Assembly: GCA_013286145.1 (NCBI GenBank)
Contig: JABDGH010000004.1
Location: forward strand, 5,874 to 69,873
Source of the DNA: Verrucomicrobiota bacterium
GTDB taxonomy: Bacteria; Verrucomicrobiota; Verrucomicrobiia; Methylacidiphilales; UBA1321
DNA length: 64,000 nt
Direction: 5' to 3'
Shown: positions 37,785-47,160 of the stretch, piece after piece
How positions within the stretch are numbered: position 1 is the stretch's first letter
How the letters are laid out: every line of letters begins with the position of its first letter
Notes under the pieces: generated by a model
What the model saw: only the letters and a program-made list of their open reading frames with translations
Database searches by the model: none
What the model was told of the DNA's origin: nothing
Made by a program: the position numbers and the translations under genes

Positions 37785-39658
37785 AAAGCATGAAGCCGTG
37801 GCTGCCGTTGATTTTGACCGCCGCATGCGCCGCATGGTTCCTGAGCACGCTCTATCCACCAAGCGATACCGGTTTTGCCTTTAACGAATTTGCCAAGCTG
37901 CCTCTCGTTTTCAATGGACGACTGAAGCCGATGGATTCCCTCGCGCGAAATTCCCTGCTGGAAATCCGCGAGAAGCAAACACTCAATACCGAACCGTGGA
38001 AGGACTGGGATCAAAATCCAAAAATCATCTCCGCCAACGAATGGCTCATCCATGTGATGATGAATCCCGCTGTGGCCGATGCGTGGCCCGTCTTTCGCGT
38101 GGATAACTCCGATCTCATCACACTACTCAAGTTGCCGGAGGGTAATCCCGCGCAGCAACAGGACGGCAAACATTATTCCTGGAACCAGATCGCGCCGTCG
38201 TTCGATTTGATTAACAAGGAAAACGAGCGCATTCAAAAAATCGAGTCGGTGGAACGCAGTGCCTATGAGCGTGCTGTGGTCAAAGTTTTCGAACGGTTGA
38301 TGCTTTACGAGCAACTCAAAAACACCCTCCAACCACAGGATGTGCCCGACTGGAAACAGGAACTCGCCGATTATGAAGCTCTAATTCCAGCTGGCATCGC
38401 CTCCATCCACGCCCAGCAGGCCGGACAGAAATTCGACCAGGCGATCTTCAACGCTTTTGCCGGTAATGTACAACTGTTCGATGAGATGTCCCAGTTTGAC
38501 GCACCGCTCGTCGTGCCGCCGCAAAATTCTTCCGGCAATTGGCAACGCGTGGGAACAATCCTGTTGAACGCCACAAAAGGCGAAAAAATCAGCCCGGCGA
38601 TCTTCGCCTATGCCACGATGGCCGATGCCTTCAAAAAGGGCGATCCCGCCGCATTCAATGCTGCGCTCGCCGATTATCGCTCGTCGCTTGTTCCCGATTT
38701 TTCCCCCGCGATGCATAAGGCTCGCGCTGAGGTGTTCTTTAACCAGATGCAGCCGTTCTATGCCGCCCTGGTCATTTATGTCCTCGCCGGTCTCCTCGCC
38801 GTCTGCTCGTGGTTTAATTTGTCGGAGACGCTGCGCCGCTCGGCTGTCTGGCTCGTCGGTCTCGCATTCGTCATTCACACGACCGGTTTGATTTACCGCA
38901 TGGTGCTCGAAGGTCGTCCGCCCGTGACCAATCTCTATTCCTCGGCCATCTTTATCGGCTGGGGTGCGGTCGTATTGGGACTCGTCCTGGAAAAAATCCA
39001 CCGTAACGGCATCGGCGCGGTCGCGGCGGCGGGCATGGGATTCATCACGCTGGTCATTGCGCAAAATCTCGCGGTGGACGGCGATACGATGGAGATGATG
39101 CGCGCCGTTCTCGACACTAATTTCTGGCTGGCGACGCACGTCGTGGCGGTCACCACGGGTTACGCCAGCACGTTTGTGGCCGGATTCCTCGCGCTCATCT
39201 ACATCCTGCGCGGTGTGTTCACCAAAACGCTCGATGAGGCGACTGGCAAATCACTCGCGAGGATGGTTTACGGCATCGTCTGCTTTGCCACCCTTTTCAG
39301 CTTTGTCGGCACGGTGCTCGGCGGCATCTGGGCGGATCAATCATGGGGCCGGTTCTGGGGCTGGGACCCGAAGGAAAATGGCGCGCTCATCATCGTTTTG
39401 TGGAACGCGCTCATTCTGCATTTGCGCTGGGGCGGGATGATTCGTGACCGCGGCCTTATCGTCTGCGCAATTTTTGGAAACGTCGTCACAAGCTGGTCGT
39501 GGTTCGGCGTGAACATGCTCGGCATCGGCCTGCACAGCTATGGTTTCACCGACGCGGCGTTCAAATGGCTGATGCTTTTTGTGATGAGCCAGCTTGGATT
39601 CATCATTCTTGGCTTGCTCCCAGCGCGCATGTGGAGAAGTTTTTCGGCGCGGATATAA
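37781..39658 (+). CDS. ccsA: Cytochrome c biogenesis protein CcsA/ResC (System II)
   Basis: WWD motif LGGIWADQSWGRFWGWDPKE, FWLATHV, GLHSYG; AGGAG RBS and ATGA overlap at 37781. Confidence 0.93.
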   Translation: MKSMKPWLPLILTAACAAWFLSTLYPPSDTGFAFNEFAKLPLVFNGRLKPMDSLARNSLLEIREKQTLNTEPWKDWDQNPKIISANEWLIHVMMNPAVADAWPVFRVDNSDLITLLKLPEGNPAQQQDGKHYSWNQIAPSFDLINKENERIQKIESVERSAYERAVVKVFERLMLYEQLKNTLQPQDVPDWKQELADYEALIPAGIASIHAQQAGQKFDQAIFNAFAGNVQLFDEMSQFDAPLVVPPQNSSGNWQRVGTILLNATKGEKISPAIFAYATMADAFKKGDPAAFNAALADYRSSLVPDFSPAMHKARAEVFFNQMQPFYAALVIYVLAGLLAVCSWFNLSETLRRSAVWLVGLAFVIHTTGLIYRMVLEGRPPVTNLYSSAIFIGWGAVVLGLVLEKIHRNGIGAVAAAGMGFITLVIAQNLAVDGDTMEMMRAVLDTNFWLATHVVAVTTGYASTFVAGFLALIYILRGVFTKTLDEATGKSLARMVYGIVCFATLFSFVGTVLGGIWADQSWGRFWGWDPKENGALIIVLWNALILHLRWGGMIRDRGLIVCAIFGNVVTSWSWFGVNMLGIGLHSYGFTDAAFKWLMLFVMSQLGFIILGLLPARMWRSFSARI

Positions 39659-39700
39659 AAGCTGTTTTTCTATTTCAGCATCATCATCCTTTGTCGTGAC

Positions 39701-39718
39701 TTCAAGCCCTGTTGGTCG
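39701..39718 (+). repeat. Degenerate third copy of the tRNA-His 3'-end att core
   Basis: TTCAAGCCCTGTTGGTCG vs TTCGAGTCCCGTTGGTCG (29998-30015): 15/18 identical, about 43 nt after the ccsA stop. Confidence 0.45.
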
Positions 39719-39807
39719 TGCGATTATCCCTTTGGAATTGAACTGGAAAACGGGATGGAGATGCCCTAAGGTTGTCCCCACGCAAAATTTTAACACGCAA
39801 AGGAAAA

Positions 39808-40983
39808 GTGAAAAAACTGGGTGAAATATCGGCGGCCATCGTGGGGACAGGCTTTATCGGTCCGGTTCATTTGGAGGCATTGCGGCGTCTCGGGGTGCGC
39901 GTAAGCGGTATCCTGGGGTCTTCGCCGGAGAAATCGCAAAAAGCGGCCCAGGATCTGGGGCTGGCCAAGGGGTACCGCGATTTGCCGGAACTGCTGGCCG
40001 ACCGCGAGGTGAATGTGGTTCATCTCGCTTCACCCAACCGATTGCATGTCAGCCAGACTCTGGCTTGCCTGGAAGCTGGCAAACACGTCATCTGCGAAAA
40101 GCCGCTGGCCATGACGACATCCGAGACGAAATCCCTCGTCGCAGCGGCCCGCAAACATCCGGAATTAATCACTGCGGTCAATTACAACATCCGTTTCTAT
40201 CCTCTCTGCCTGCAGGCTCGCGCGATGATCCAGCACGGCGAGATCGGCGAAGTCCTCCACGTCACCGGCAGCTATGTGCAGGACTGGCTTTTGTTTCCGA
40301 CCGATTTCAACTGGCGCGTGTCCTCAAGCGAAGGAGGCGCGCTTCGTGCCGTGGGCGATATCGGCACACACTGGCTCGATCTCATTGGTTTCGTGACGGG
40401 GCTTCATGTCGAATCACTTCTGGCCGATTTGTGGACGGCCCATCCCGTTCGGCAACAACCCGTGAGCTCCGTGGGAACTTTCAGCGGAAAGCTTGAGCAG
40501 ACGAAAGCGGCCACCAAAGACTTTCCCGTCGATACGGAAGATTATGGAACCGTCCTGATGAAATTCGAGGGCGGACGGCGGGGAACAATGTCAGTTTCAC
40601 AGGTGACGGCGGGTCGGAAAAATTGTCTCCGTTTTGAAATTGCCGGAACCCGCAAATCACTGGCCTGGAACAGCGAAGTGCCCCACGAGTTATGGATCGG
40701 CGACCGGACAGAAAGTAATCGCCTGCTCATGGCCGATCCCTCCCTGCTCCACGAGGAAGTGCGGCCTTATGCCAACTATCCCGGCGGCCACCAGGAAGGA
40801 TTTCCCGACACGTTCAAGCAGTTGTACCGGGCGGTCTATTCCGATATTCAGGCTGGAAAGCGTTCGCCTGAACCGTTGTACGCCACATTTGAAGATGGTC
40901 ATCGTGAAGTGGCCTTGTGCGAGGCCATTTTGGAAAGTCACCGGAGCAGCCGGTGGATAACAGACATCAAAGGAAGAATGTAA
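39808..40983 (+). CDS. Gfo/Idh/MocA-family oxidoreductase
   Basis: [27 protein letters not shown]; GTG start at 39808 after AAGGA. Confidence 0.92.
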   Translation: MKKLGEISAAIVGTGFIGPVHLEALRRLGVRVSGILGSSPEKSQKAAQDLGLAKGYRDLPELLADREVNVVHLASPNRLHVSQTLACLEAGKHVICEKPLAMTTSETKSLVAAARKHPELITAVNYNIRFYPLCLQARAMIQHGEIGEVLHVTGSYVQDWLLFPTDFNWRVSSSEGGALRAVGDIGTHWLDLIGFVTGLHVESLLADLWTAHPVRQQPVSSVGTFSGKLEQTKAATKDFPVDTEDYGTVLMKFEGGRRGTMSVSQVTAGRKNCLRFEIAGTRKSLAWNSEVPHELWIGDRTESNRLLMADPSLLHEEVRPYANYPGGHQEGFPDTFKQLYRAVYSDIQAGKRSPEPLYATFEDGHREVALCEAILESHRSSRWITDIKGRM

Positions 40984-40985
40984 TT

Positions 40986-41894
40986 ATGAAAATTGGAATC
41001 GTCAGTGCCATTTTGCCGGATTTGACCCTGGAACAAACCCTGGCTTTCGCCGCCGAAAACGGTTTTCCAACCGTTGAAGTAATGTGCTGGCCGGCAGCCT
41101 CGGGTAAAAAAGAACGCCGTTATGCCGGCACGGCCCACATTGATGTGAATGGTTTCGACAAAAAAGAGGCCGATAAAGTCAAAAGCCTGCTTAAGAAATA
41201 TGGGGTTTCACTTTCAGCGCTCGGTTACTATCCCAATCCCTTGTGTGCGGATGAGAAGGAAGCCGCAACTTACATCGACCACATCAAAAAAGTCATCCGT
41301 GCCGCCAAATTGCTGGAGATTAATATGAATACCTTTATCGGACGCGATCACACGCGATCCGTGGCCGACAATTGGGCCGTCTTCCAGGAGCGGTGGCCCG
41401 ACATCATCCGCGAGGCGGAAAAGTGCGGCGTGAAAGTCGGCATTGAAAACTGTCCGATGTTTTTCTCCCAGGACGAATGGCCCGGCGGTAAAAACCTGGC
41501 CGTCTCACCGAAAATCTGGCGCGAAATGTTTGAGCGCATCCCCTCGGCCAACTTTGGACTGAATTACGACCCCTCCCATATGATCTGGCAGTTCATGGAT
41601 CCCGCCCGGCCACTCCAGGAATTTCGCGACCGCATTTTCCATGTCCATGCCAAGGATCTGAAGATTTGGCACGACCGCCTGGACGAAGTGGGAATCATGG
41701 GCTTCGGCTGGAATTCCCCCAAGCTTCCGGGATTGGGCGACGTCAAGTGGTCGGAGTTTTTCGCCGCGTTGACCGAGATCCGCTACAACGGGCCGGTCTG
41801 TATCGAGGTGGAAGACCGGGCCTATGAAGGGTCGCTGGAAGATCGCAAGCGCGCCTTGATCCAATCCAAACGATTCCTCGAAAATTTCATTTGA
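40986..41894 (+). CDS. Sugar-phosphate isomerase/epimerase (AP endonuclease 2 TIM barrel)
   Basis: [31 protein letters not shown]. Confidence 0.9.
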   Translation: MKIGIVSAILPDLTLEQTLAFAAENGFPTVEVMCWPAASGKKERRYAGTAHIDVNGFDKKEADKVKSLLKKYGVSLSALGYYPNPLCADEKEAATYIDHIKKVIRAAKLLEINMNTFIGRDHTRSVADNWAVFQERWPDIIREAEKCGVKVGIENCPMFFSQDEWPGGKNLAVSPKIWREMFERIPSANFGLNYDPSHMIWQFMDPARPLQEFRDRIFHVHAKDLKIWHDRLDEVGIMGFGWNSPKLPGLGDVKWSEFFAALTEIRYNGPVCIEVEDRAYEGSLEDRKRALIQSKRFLENFI

Positions 41895-41930
41895 TGAAAA
41901 ATACTCTGTTTGAAGGTATCTTAGAAGGCT

Positions 41931-42025
41931 CGTTATCGTGAGCTTGTCTAAAAATCTCTTATTATTTTGCTCCAGCAATGCAAATGAAGGAATAGTTGGA
42001 GATCCTTCGACAGGTTCAGGATGAC
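41931..42025. repeat. Degenerate GTCATCCTGAGC-family palindromic repeat
   Basis: CGTTATCGTGAGCTTGTC ... AATAGTTGGAGATCCTTCGACAGGTTCAGGATGAC, similar to 46050-46104. Confidence 0.7.
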
Positions 42026-42050
42026 AATATTCATATAAAAATTTAAAATA

Positions 42051-43520
42051 GTGACCACGCTACCTTCCAAATCAGCATCCACGGTTCCCCACTTTATCGC
42101 CGGTCGGTCGATCTCCGGCTCATCGGGAGATGCCATTCCTGTGACTTCTCCGCTGGACGGCTCTCCCATCGGGAATGTCCACCCCGCAGGCAAGATTGAA
42201 ATTGAGGAAGCCGTCAAAGATGCGCAAAAAGCTTTCGAGACGTGGGGGTGCACGCCGATCAAGGAACGTGTCCAGCCGCTGTTCAGATTCAAGCAACTCG
42301 CGGAAGAAAACATTGCGGAACTTTCCAAAATGGTTTCGTGGGAAAATGGAAAGACCGAAGCGGAAGCGGAAGGCGGCATCCGCAAAGGCCTGGAAGTGGT
42401 CGAATATGCCTGTTCGCTGCCCCAATTAATTCCCGGTCAACTCCTCGAGGTAAGTTCCGGGGTCGATTGCTATGAGCGCCGATTTCCCCTGGGAGTGGTC
42501 GCGGGCATCACTCCTTTCAATTTTCCGGCGATGGTACCGCTCTGGATGTTTCCGCTGGCGATTGCGTGCGGTAATACTTTTATCCTGAAGCCCTCGGAGC
42601 AAGTCCCCTTCACGCCAGTGCGTTTGGCGGAATTATTCCATGACGCCGGGTTGCCCGACGGTGTTTTCAATGTCATTCAGGGCAATCGCGGAACCGTTGA
42701 AGGCTTGCTGGATCATCCCGGCATCCAAGCGGCCACGTTCGTCGGTTCCACCGCAGTCGCCCGGCAGGTTTATCATCGCGGTATCGCAGCCGGAAAGCGT
42801 GTGCTGGCCCTGGGGGGAGCAAAAAATCATCTCGTGGTAATTCCCGATGCCGACGTGGAAATCACGGCTAAAAACGTGGTGAACTCGGCCATGGGTTGCG
42901 CCGGGCAACGGTGCATGGCGGCCAGCGTCGTCATCCTGGTAGGATCGTGCGATCACATCCTTCAAGCCATGGTTACCCAAGCCGCAAAAATTCGCACTGG
43001 CGAGGACATGGGCGCGATGATCAGCGTGTCGGCGCGTGACCGCGTCATTTCCTACATCGACCGGGCCCAAAAACGGGGAGCGAAACTTCTCCTCGATGGA
43101 CGCGGTGCCAAAGGCCGCGAAAACGGCTATTATGTAGGTCCCACTATTATCGACGGTATTCAACCCGGTGACGAATGTGCCTGCGACGAAATTTTCGGCC
43201 CCGTCCTCTCCGTTCTGCGTGTGGACACCCTTGATGAGGCCTTGGCGATTGAGCAACAGAGTCCCTATGGGAACGCGGCTTCGATCTACACGTCGGATGG
43301 AGGCACCGCCGTTTATTTCGAGGAGCGGGCACATGCGGGCATGATCGGCGTCAATATCGGCGTGCCAGTGCCGCGAGAGCCGTTTGCCTTTGGTGGTTGG
43401 AACGAATCGAAATTCGGCGTGGGCGACATCACTGGACGCGACGCCGTTGGCTTCTGGACCAAGACAAAAAAAATCACGAAAAAATGGTCCGCCGGAGCTG
43501 GCCGCAACTGGATGAGCTAA
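42051..43520 (+). CDS. mmsA: CoA-acylating (methyl)malonate-semialdehyde dehydrogenase (MmsA/IolA-like)
   Basis: ITPFNFPAMVPLWM, KPSEQVP, FVGST, ALGGAKNH, GCAGQRCMA, EIFGPVL, GVNIGVPVP. Confidence 0.9.
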   Translation: MTTLPSKSASTVPHFIAGRSISGSSGDAIPVTSPLDGSPIGNVHPAGKIEIEEAVKDAQKAFETWGCTPIKERVQPLFRFKQLAEENIAELSKMVSWENGKTEAEAEGGIRKGLEVVEYACSLPQLIPGQLLEVSSGVDCYERRFPLGVVAGITPFNFPAMVPLWMFPLAIACGNTFILKPSEQVPFTPVRLAELFHDAGLPDGVFNVIQGNRGTVEGLLDHPGIQAATFVGSTAVARQVYHRGIAAGKRVLALGGAKNHLVVIPDADVEITAKNVVNSAMGCAGQRCMAASVVILVGSCDHILQAMVTQAAKIRTGEDMGAMISVSARDRVISYIDRAQKRGAKLLLDGRGAKGRENGYYVGPTIIDGIQPGDECACDEIFGPVLSVLRVDTLDEALAIEQQSPYGNAASIYTSDGGTAVYFEERAHAGMIGVNIGVPVPREPFAFGGWNESKFGVGDITGRDAVGFWTKTKKITKKWSAGAGRNWMS

Positions 43521-43524
43521 AATT

Positions 43525-44577
43525 GTGAAAGCTGCCGTTTATCAAGGTAAGGAACAGATCATTGTTCAGAACGTACCCGAACCCGTTCTCGAGGCAGGCG
43601 AGGTTTTGCTGCAAATCGAGGCCTGCAGTGTTTGCGGAACCGACCTGCGAACTTACCGCCATGGAGATGCAAAGATCACTCCTCCGCGCATTTTGGGTCA
43701 CGAATTTTGCGGACGTGTGATTGAGTCGCGTGCGCCTGACCTGAAAAATGTCAAAGTCGGCGATCGAGTCGTGGTCTATATCGTTATTTTGCATGGCAAC
43801 GATGTTTACATCGAAATGGGCCGCGCCAATCTCACGTCACATCGCACCACGATCAGCTATCACCACGATGGGGCTTTTGCGCCCTTGATGAAAGTTCCAG
43901 CCGCTGCCGTGGCCCAGGGTAATATCTTTCCAGTCACCACCGAGATTTCTTCCCGCGACATGAGCATCTCCGAGCCACTCGGCTGCGTGATGAATGCCCA
44001 TAGCCGTCTGGGGGTGGGCCTGAAAGATACCGTGGCCGTCATCGGAGCTGGCCCCATCGGCATCATGCACGCCCTCGTATCGCGTCTTCAGGGCGCGCAA
44101 AAAGTCTATGTGCTCGATGTGAATGCGGAGCGGCTTAAAATGGCCGCGCAGTTCGATATCGACGGAACCGTGCTGGTCACTCCCGACGGCTCGCACCGGG
44201 AAAAAATCAAGGAACTCACGGGTGGCCTGGGCACAAGCGTCACGATTGCCGCAGTAAGTTCCGCTGCCGCGCAAAATGATGCATTGGAAATCGCGGCCAA
44301 GGCGGGGCGGATCAACTTCTTTGCCGGTTTGCCGAAGTCCGCGCCAGTCGCGCCCTTGAACGTGAATCACATTCACTACAAGGAACTCGAGATCAGCGGT
44401 TCCTATTCCGAAAAGAAAAGCGATTTCCGGGCCGCCGTCGCCCTGATCGAAAGCGGTCGGTTTCCCGCCGACAAGATCGTCACCCACACGCTTCCCATTG
44501 AGAGAATCACTGAAGCCTTTACGCTCATGGAATCGGGTGAAGCCCTGAAAGTCTGCATCATTCCCGGCAGCGTTTAA
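43525..44577 (+). CDS. Zn-dependent polyol dehydrogenase (L-iditol 2-dehydrogenase-like)
   Basis: VCGTDL, GHEFCG, EPLGC, GAGPIG, IHYKEL; lacks the four-Cys structural Zn lobe. Confidence 0.85.
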   Translation: MKAAVYQGKEQIIVQNVPEPVLEAGEVLLQIEACSVCGTDLRTYRHGDAKITPPRILGHEFCGRVIESRAPDLKNVKVGDRVVVYIVILHGNDVYIEMGRANLTSHRTTISYHHDGAFAPLMKVPAAAVAQGNIFPVTTEISSRDMSISEPLGCVMNAHSRLGVGLKDTVAVIGAGPIGIMHALVSRLQGAQKVYVLDVNAERLKMAAQFDIDGTVLVTPDGSHREKIKELTGGLGTSVTIAAVSSAAAQNDALEIAAKAGRINFFAGLPKSAPVAPLNVNHIHYKELEISGSYSEKKSDFRAAVALIESGRFPADKIVTHTLPIERITEAFTLMESGEALKVCIIPGSV

Positions 44578-44586
44578 CCAATTTTT

Positions 44587-46047
44587 ATGAACAAGCCCGA
44601 CATTCATCACATCGATTTACTCGTGGACGGGAAAAGCCGTCCTGCCTCCGATGGCAAACGCTTCGACCTTTTTTCCCCCGCCACTGGAGAACAGGTCGGA
44701 AGCATCGCGAAGGCAGGCTCCGCAGATGTCGAGGCGACCATGTCATCGGCGCAGGCCGCTTTTAAAAGCTGGTCGGCTTTGACCGGTTATGATCGCGAAA
44801 AAATCATTCGTCAGGCGACCGCTCACGTCAGGACCAAGGCGGCCGAGATAGGTCTCCTCATGGCGTTGGAACAGGGCAAGCCGCTGCAACAATCCAAAAG
44901 TGAAATCATCGGTTCCTGCGATACGCTCGATTATTACGCGGCAGAAGGTGTACGGATCGAGGGCTACACCAACATGCCGGAAGCCAAGGATTACCGCTCC
45001 ACCGTCATCTATCAACCTGTCGGCGTCTGCGTGTTAATCACGCCATGGAATTATCCGGTCTCACTCTTGAGTTGGAAGCTCGGCCCGGCACTCGCGGCTG
45101 GTTGCCCGGTCGTGGTCAAGCCAACCACGGTTACTCCCATGTCACCCACGGCTTTTTGCCAGGCTTTGGTGGAGGGAGGCATTCCGGCAGGCGTCCTTTC
45201 CGTCCTAAACGGCCCCGGCGCTCAACTGGGTGAAGCCCTAGTTCGTCATCCGGTGACTGCCAAGGTCGCCATGACAGGTTCCACCTCGACTGGTAAACGG
45301 TTGATGGAAATTTTCGCGCCGTCGTTGAAAAAAATATCTTTGGAACTGGGCGGTCATTGCCCGGCCATCGTGTGTGAAGATGCCGATCTTGCCGTGGCGG
45401 CGAAGGTCATCGCTTACAAAGGTTTTCGGAATATGGGCCAGTCGTGCAGCTCGGTAAATCGGGTTTATGCTCAACGGAATATCCACGACGAACTTGTCGC
45501 AAAACTCAAGGCCATTGCGGAAAAAATGAGTATTGGAGATGGTGTCACCGATGGTGGTGTCGATTTGGGGCCGATGGCCACAAGCGGCGGCCTGGATACC
45601 GTCAAGGCGCACGTTAAAGATGCTATTTCCCGTGGAGCAACCTTGGTGTGCGGTGGTCACGCTCCGACAGGTGTTGCCTACGAAAAAGGAAATTATTATC
45701 TACCTACCATTCTCACCGGAGTTCCCCGCGATGCGCTTGTGATGCGGGAGGAAACTTTCGGGCCGGTCGTCGCTTTTGTCTCTTTTGACAACAATACGGA
45801 AGCCGTAGCCCAAGCCAATGACACCGAATATGGGCTGGTTACTTATTTGTTCACCAAAGATCTTGCCTCCACCGTGTTGATGAGCGAAGCACTCCAGGCG
45901 GGAACGGTCTGTGTCAACCATGGCGCTGTAAATACGAATTACGGCCCTTATTCGGGCTGGAAAGACAGCGGTTACGGCTTGGAATTGTCCCGTCGTGCCA
46001 TTTATGAATATCTCAATACTAAGCATATCAAAGTGGCTCTCACCTAA
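44587..46047 (+). CDS. NAD-dependent aldehyde dehydrogenase (SSADH-like)
   Basis: ITPWNYP, MTGST, LELGG, GQSCSS, EETFGP, GWKDSGYG. Confidence 0.92.
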   Translation: MNKPDIHHIDLLVDGKSRPASDGKRFDLFSPATGEQVGSIAKAGSADVEATMSSAQAAFKSWSALTGYDREKIIRQATAHVRTKAAEIGLLMALEQGKPLQQSKSEIIGSCDTLDYYAAEGVRIEGYTNMPEAKDYRSTVIYQPVGVCVLITPWNYPVSLLSWKLGPALAAGCPVVVKPTTVTPMSPTAFCQALVEGGIPAGVLSVLNGPGAQLGEALVRHPVTAKVAMTGSTSTGKRLMEIFAPSLKKISLELGGHCPAIVCEDADLAVAAKVIAYKGFRNMGQSCSSVNRVYAQRNIHDELVAKLKAIAEKMSIGDGVTDGGVDLGPMATSGGLDTVKAHVKDAISRGATLVCGGHAPTGVAYEKGNYYLPTILTGVPRDALVMREETFGPVVAFVSFDNNTEAVAQANDTEYGLVTYLFTKDLASTVLMSEALQAGTVCVNHGAVNTNYGPYSGWKDSGYGLELSRRAIYEYLNTKHIKVALT

Positions 46048-46049
46048 AT

Positions 46050-46113
46050 GACATCCTGAGCTTGTCGAAAATAGTTAGAGGTCCTTCGACAAGCTCAGGA
46101 TGACGGTTTTTTT
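46050..46113 (+). repeat. GTCATCCTGAGC-family hairpin with a T-tract (possible terminator/attenuator)
   Basis: GACATCCTGAGCTTGTCGAA-N-TTCGACAAGCTCAGGATGAC followed by GGTTTTTTT. Confidence 0.8.
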
Positions 46114-46133
46114 AATTTTTACAAAATAGCCCC

Positions 46134-47141
46134 ATGTTATTAAACGCCACTCAAGCCCGCGCTTTATTCACCCAAGCGCTTCAAGATCGTTTCGCCGTAC
46201 TCGCCGTAAATGCCGACAGTCCTTCCGCCGTTTACGATTGCCTCGAAGCAGCTCGCCAATGCTCCGCGCCTCTTATTATCGAGACTAGTTTATGGCAGCT
46301 TCAGGGACGAAGTTTCGGAGCGGGCGATGCCTTGCTGGGACTGCTGCGGTATCTTGCCGATGTCGCCGCGCTGGCCAATTCCGAGCGTTTCATGGCGGTG
46401 CCAGTTATCTTTCACACCGATCATATTAAAGGGCCACAAACACTCGCCATTTTGAAAGCTGCGATCGCTGGCGTATCGGTCTCCTCTGGAAAAAGCAGCC
46501 TGCTCCTTCAAGCCTCAACAATTTCCCTTGATTCCTCCGAACTGACGGAAGAACAAAACATCGAAACCATCAGTGAACTTTGCCGACATGCCGAGACCTT
46601 GGGCGTTGAAGTAACCCTGGAGATGGAAGCCGGTGTGGACGATGGTTTGACCTCGGAAGAAATCACCCGGCGGCTGCTCGGCAGTGTAGAAAAAAAATAT
46701 CCCGGCAAAATCGGGTTGTGGGCACCGGGACTCGGAACACAACATGGTCTTTCCGATAAAGGTTATCCCACTTTCTCGGCGGAAGCGGTTTCCAGGCAAC
46801 GCGAACTCGCTCGCGAGATCACCGGGCACGGCATCGGCCTTGCTCTCCATGGGTCATCCGGTTTGGACCAGGAAAGTTTGCGCGCAGCCGTTCGAGAGGG
46901 CGTGGTCAAGGTCAACTGGTCGAGTGAGTCCCTGTTGATCAGAAATCAGGCCGCCATGGAATTTTTTGATTCTCACCGGCCACAAATGAACAAAAAACAT
47001 CCCGATTGGAAAAAAACGGTCATGGACAACGGCCTGCAATCCTTCATTGCTGAGCGTTATCTGCCGCGCGTCATGGAACGAATTAAAATTCTGGGCAGCG
47101 ACGAAAAGGCTGGGCGATTATCTTTGTCCGGTAAGCTCTAG
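46134..47141 (+). CDS. Class II (metal-dependent) aldolase, divergent FBA/IolJ-like
   Basis: FAVLAVN, FHTDH, LDSS, LEMEAG, GTQHG, LHGSSG, VVKVN. Confidence 0.85.
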   Translation: MLLNATQARALFTQALQDRFAVLAVNADSPSAVYDCLEAARQCSAPLIIETSLWQLQGRSFGAGDALLGLLRYLADVAALANSERFMAVPVIFHTDHIKGPQTLAILKAAIAGVSVSSGKSSLLLQASTISLDSSELTEEQNIETISELCRHAETLGVEVTLEMEAGVDDGLTSEEITRRLLGSVEKKYPGKIGLWAPGLGTQHGLSDKGYPTFSAEAVSRQRELAREITGHGIGLALHGSSGLDQESLRAAVREGVVKVNWSSESLLIRNQAAMEFFDSHRPQMNKKHPDWKKTVMDNGLQSFIAERYLPRVMERIKILGSDEKAGRLSLSGKL

Positions 47142-47160
47142 CTGGCTGTTTTTGCAGTGG

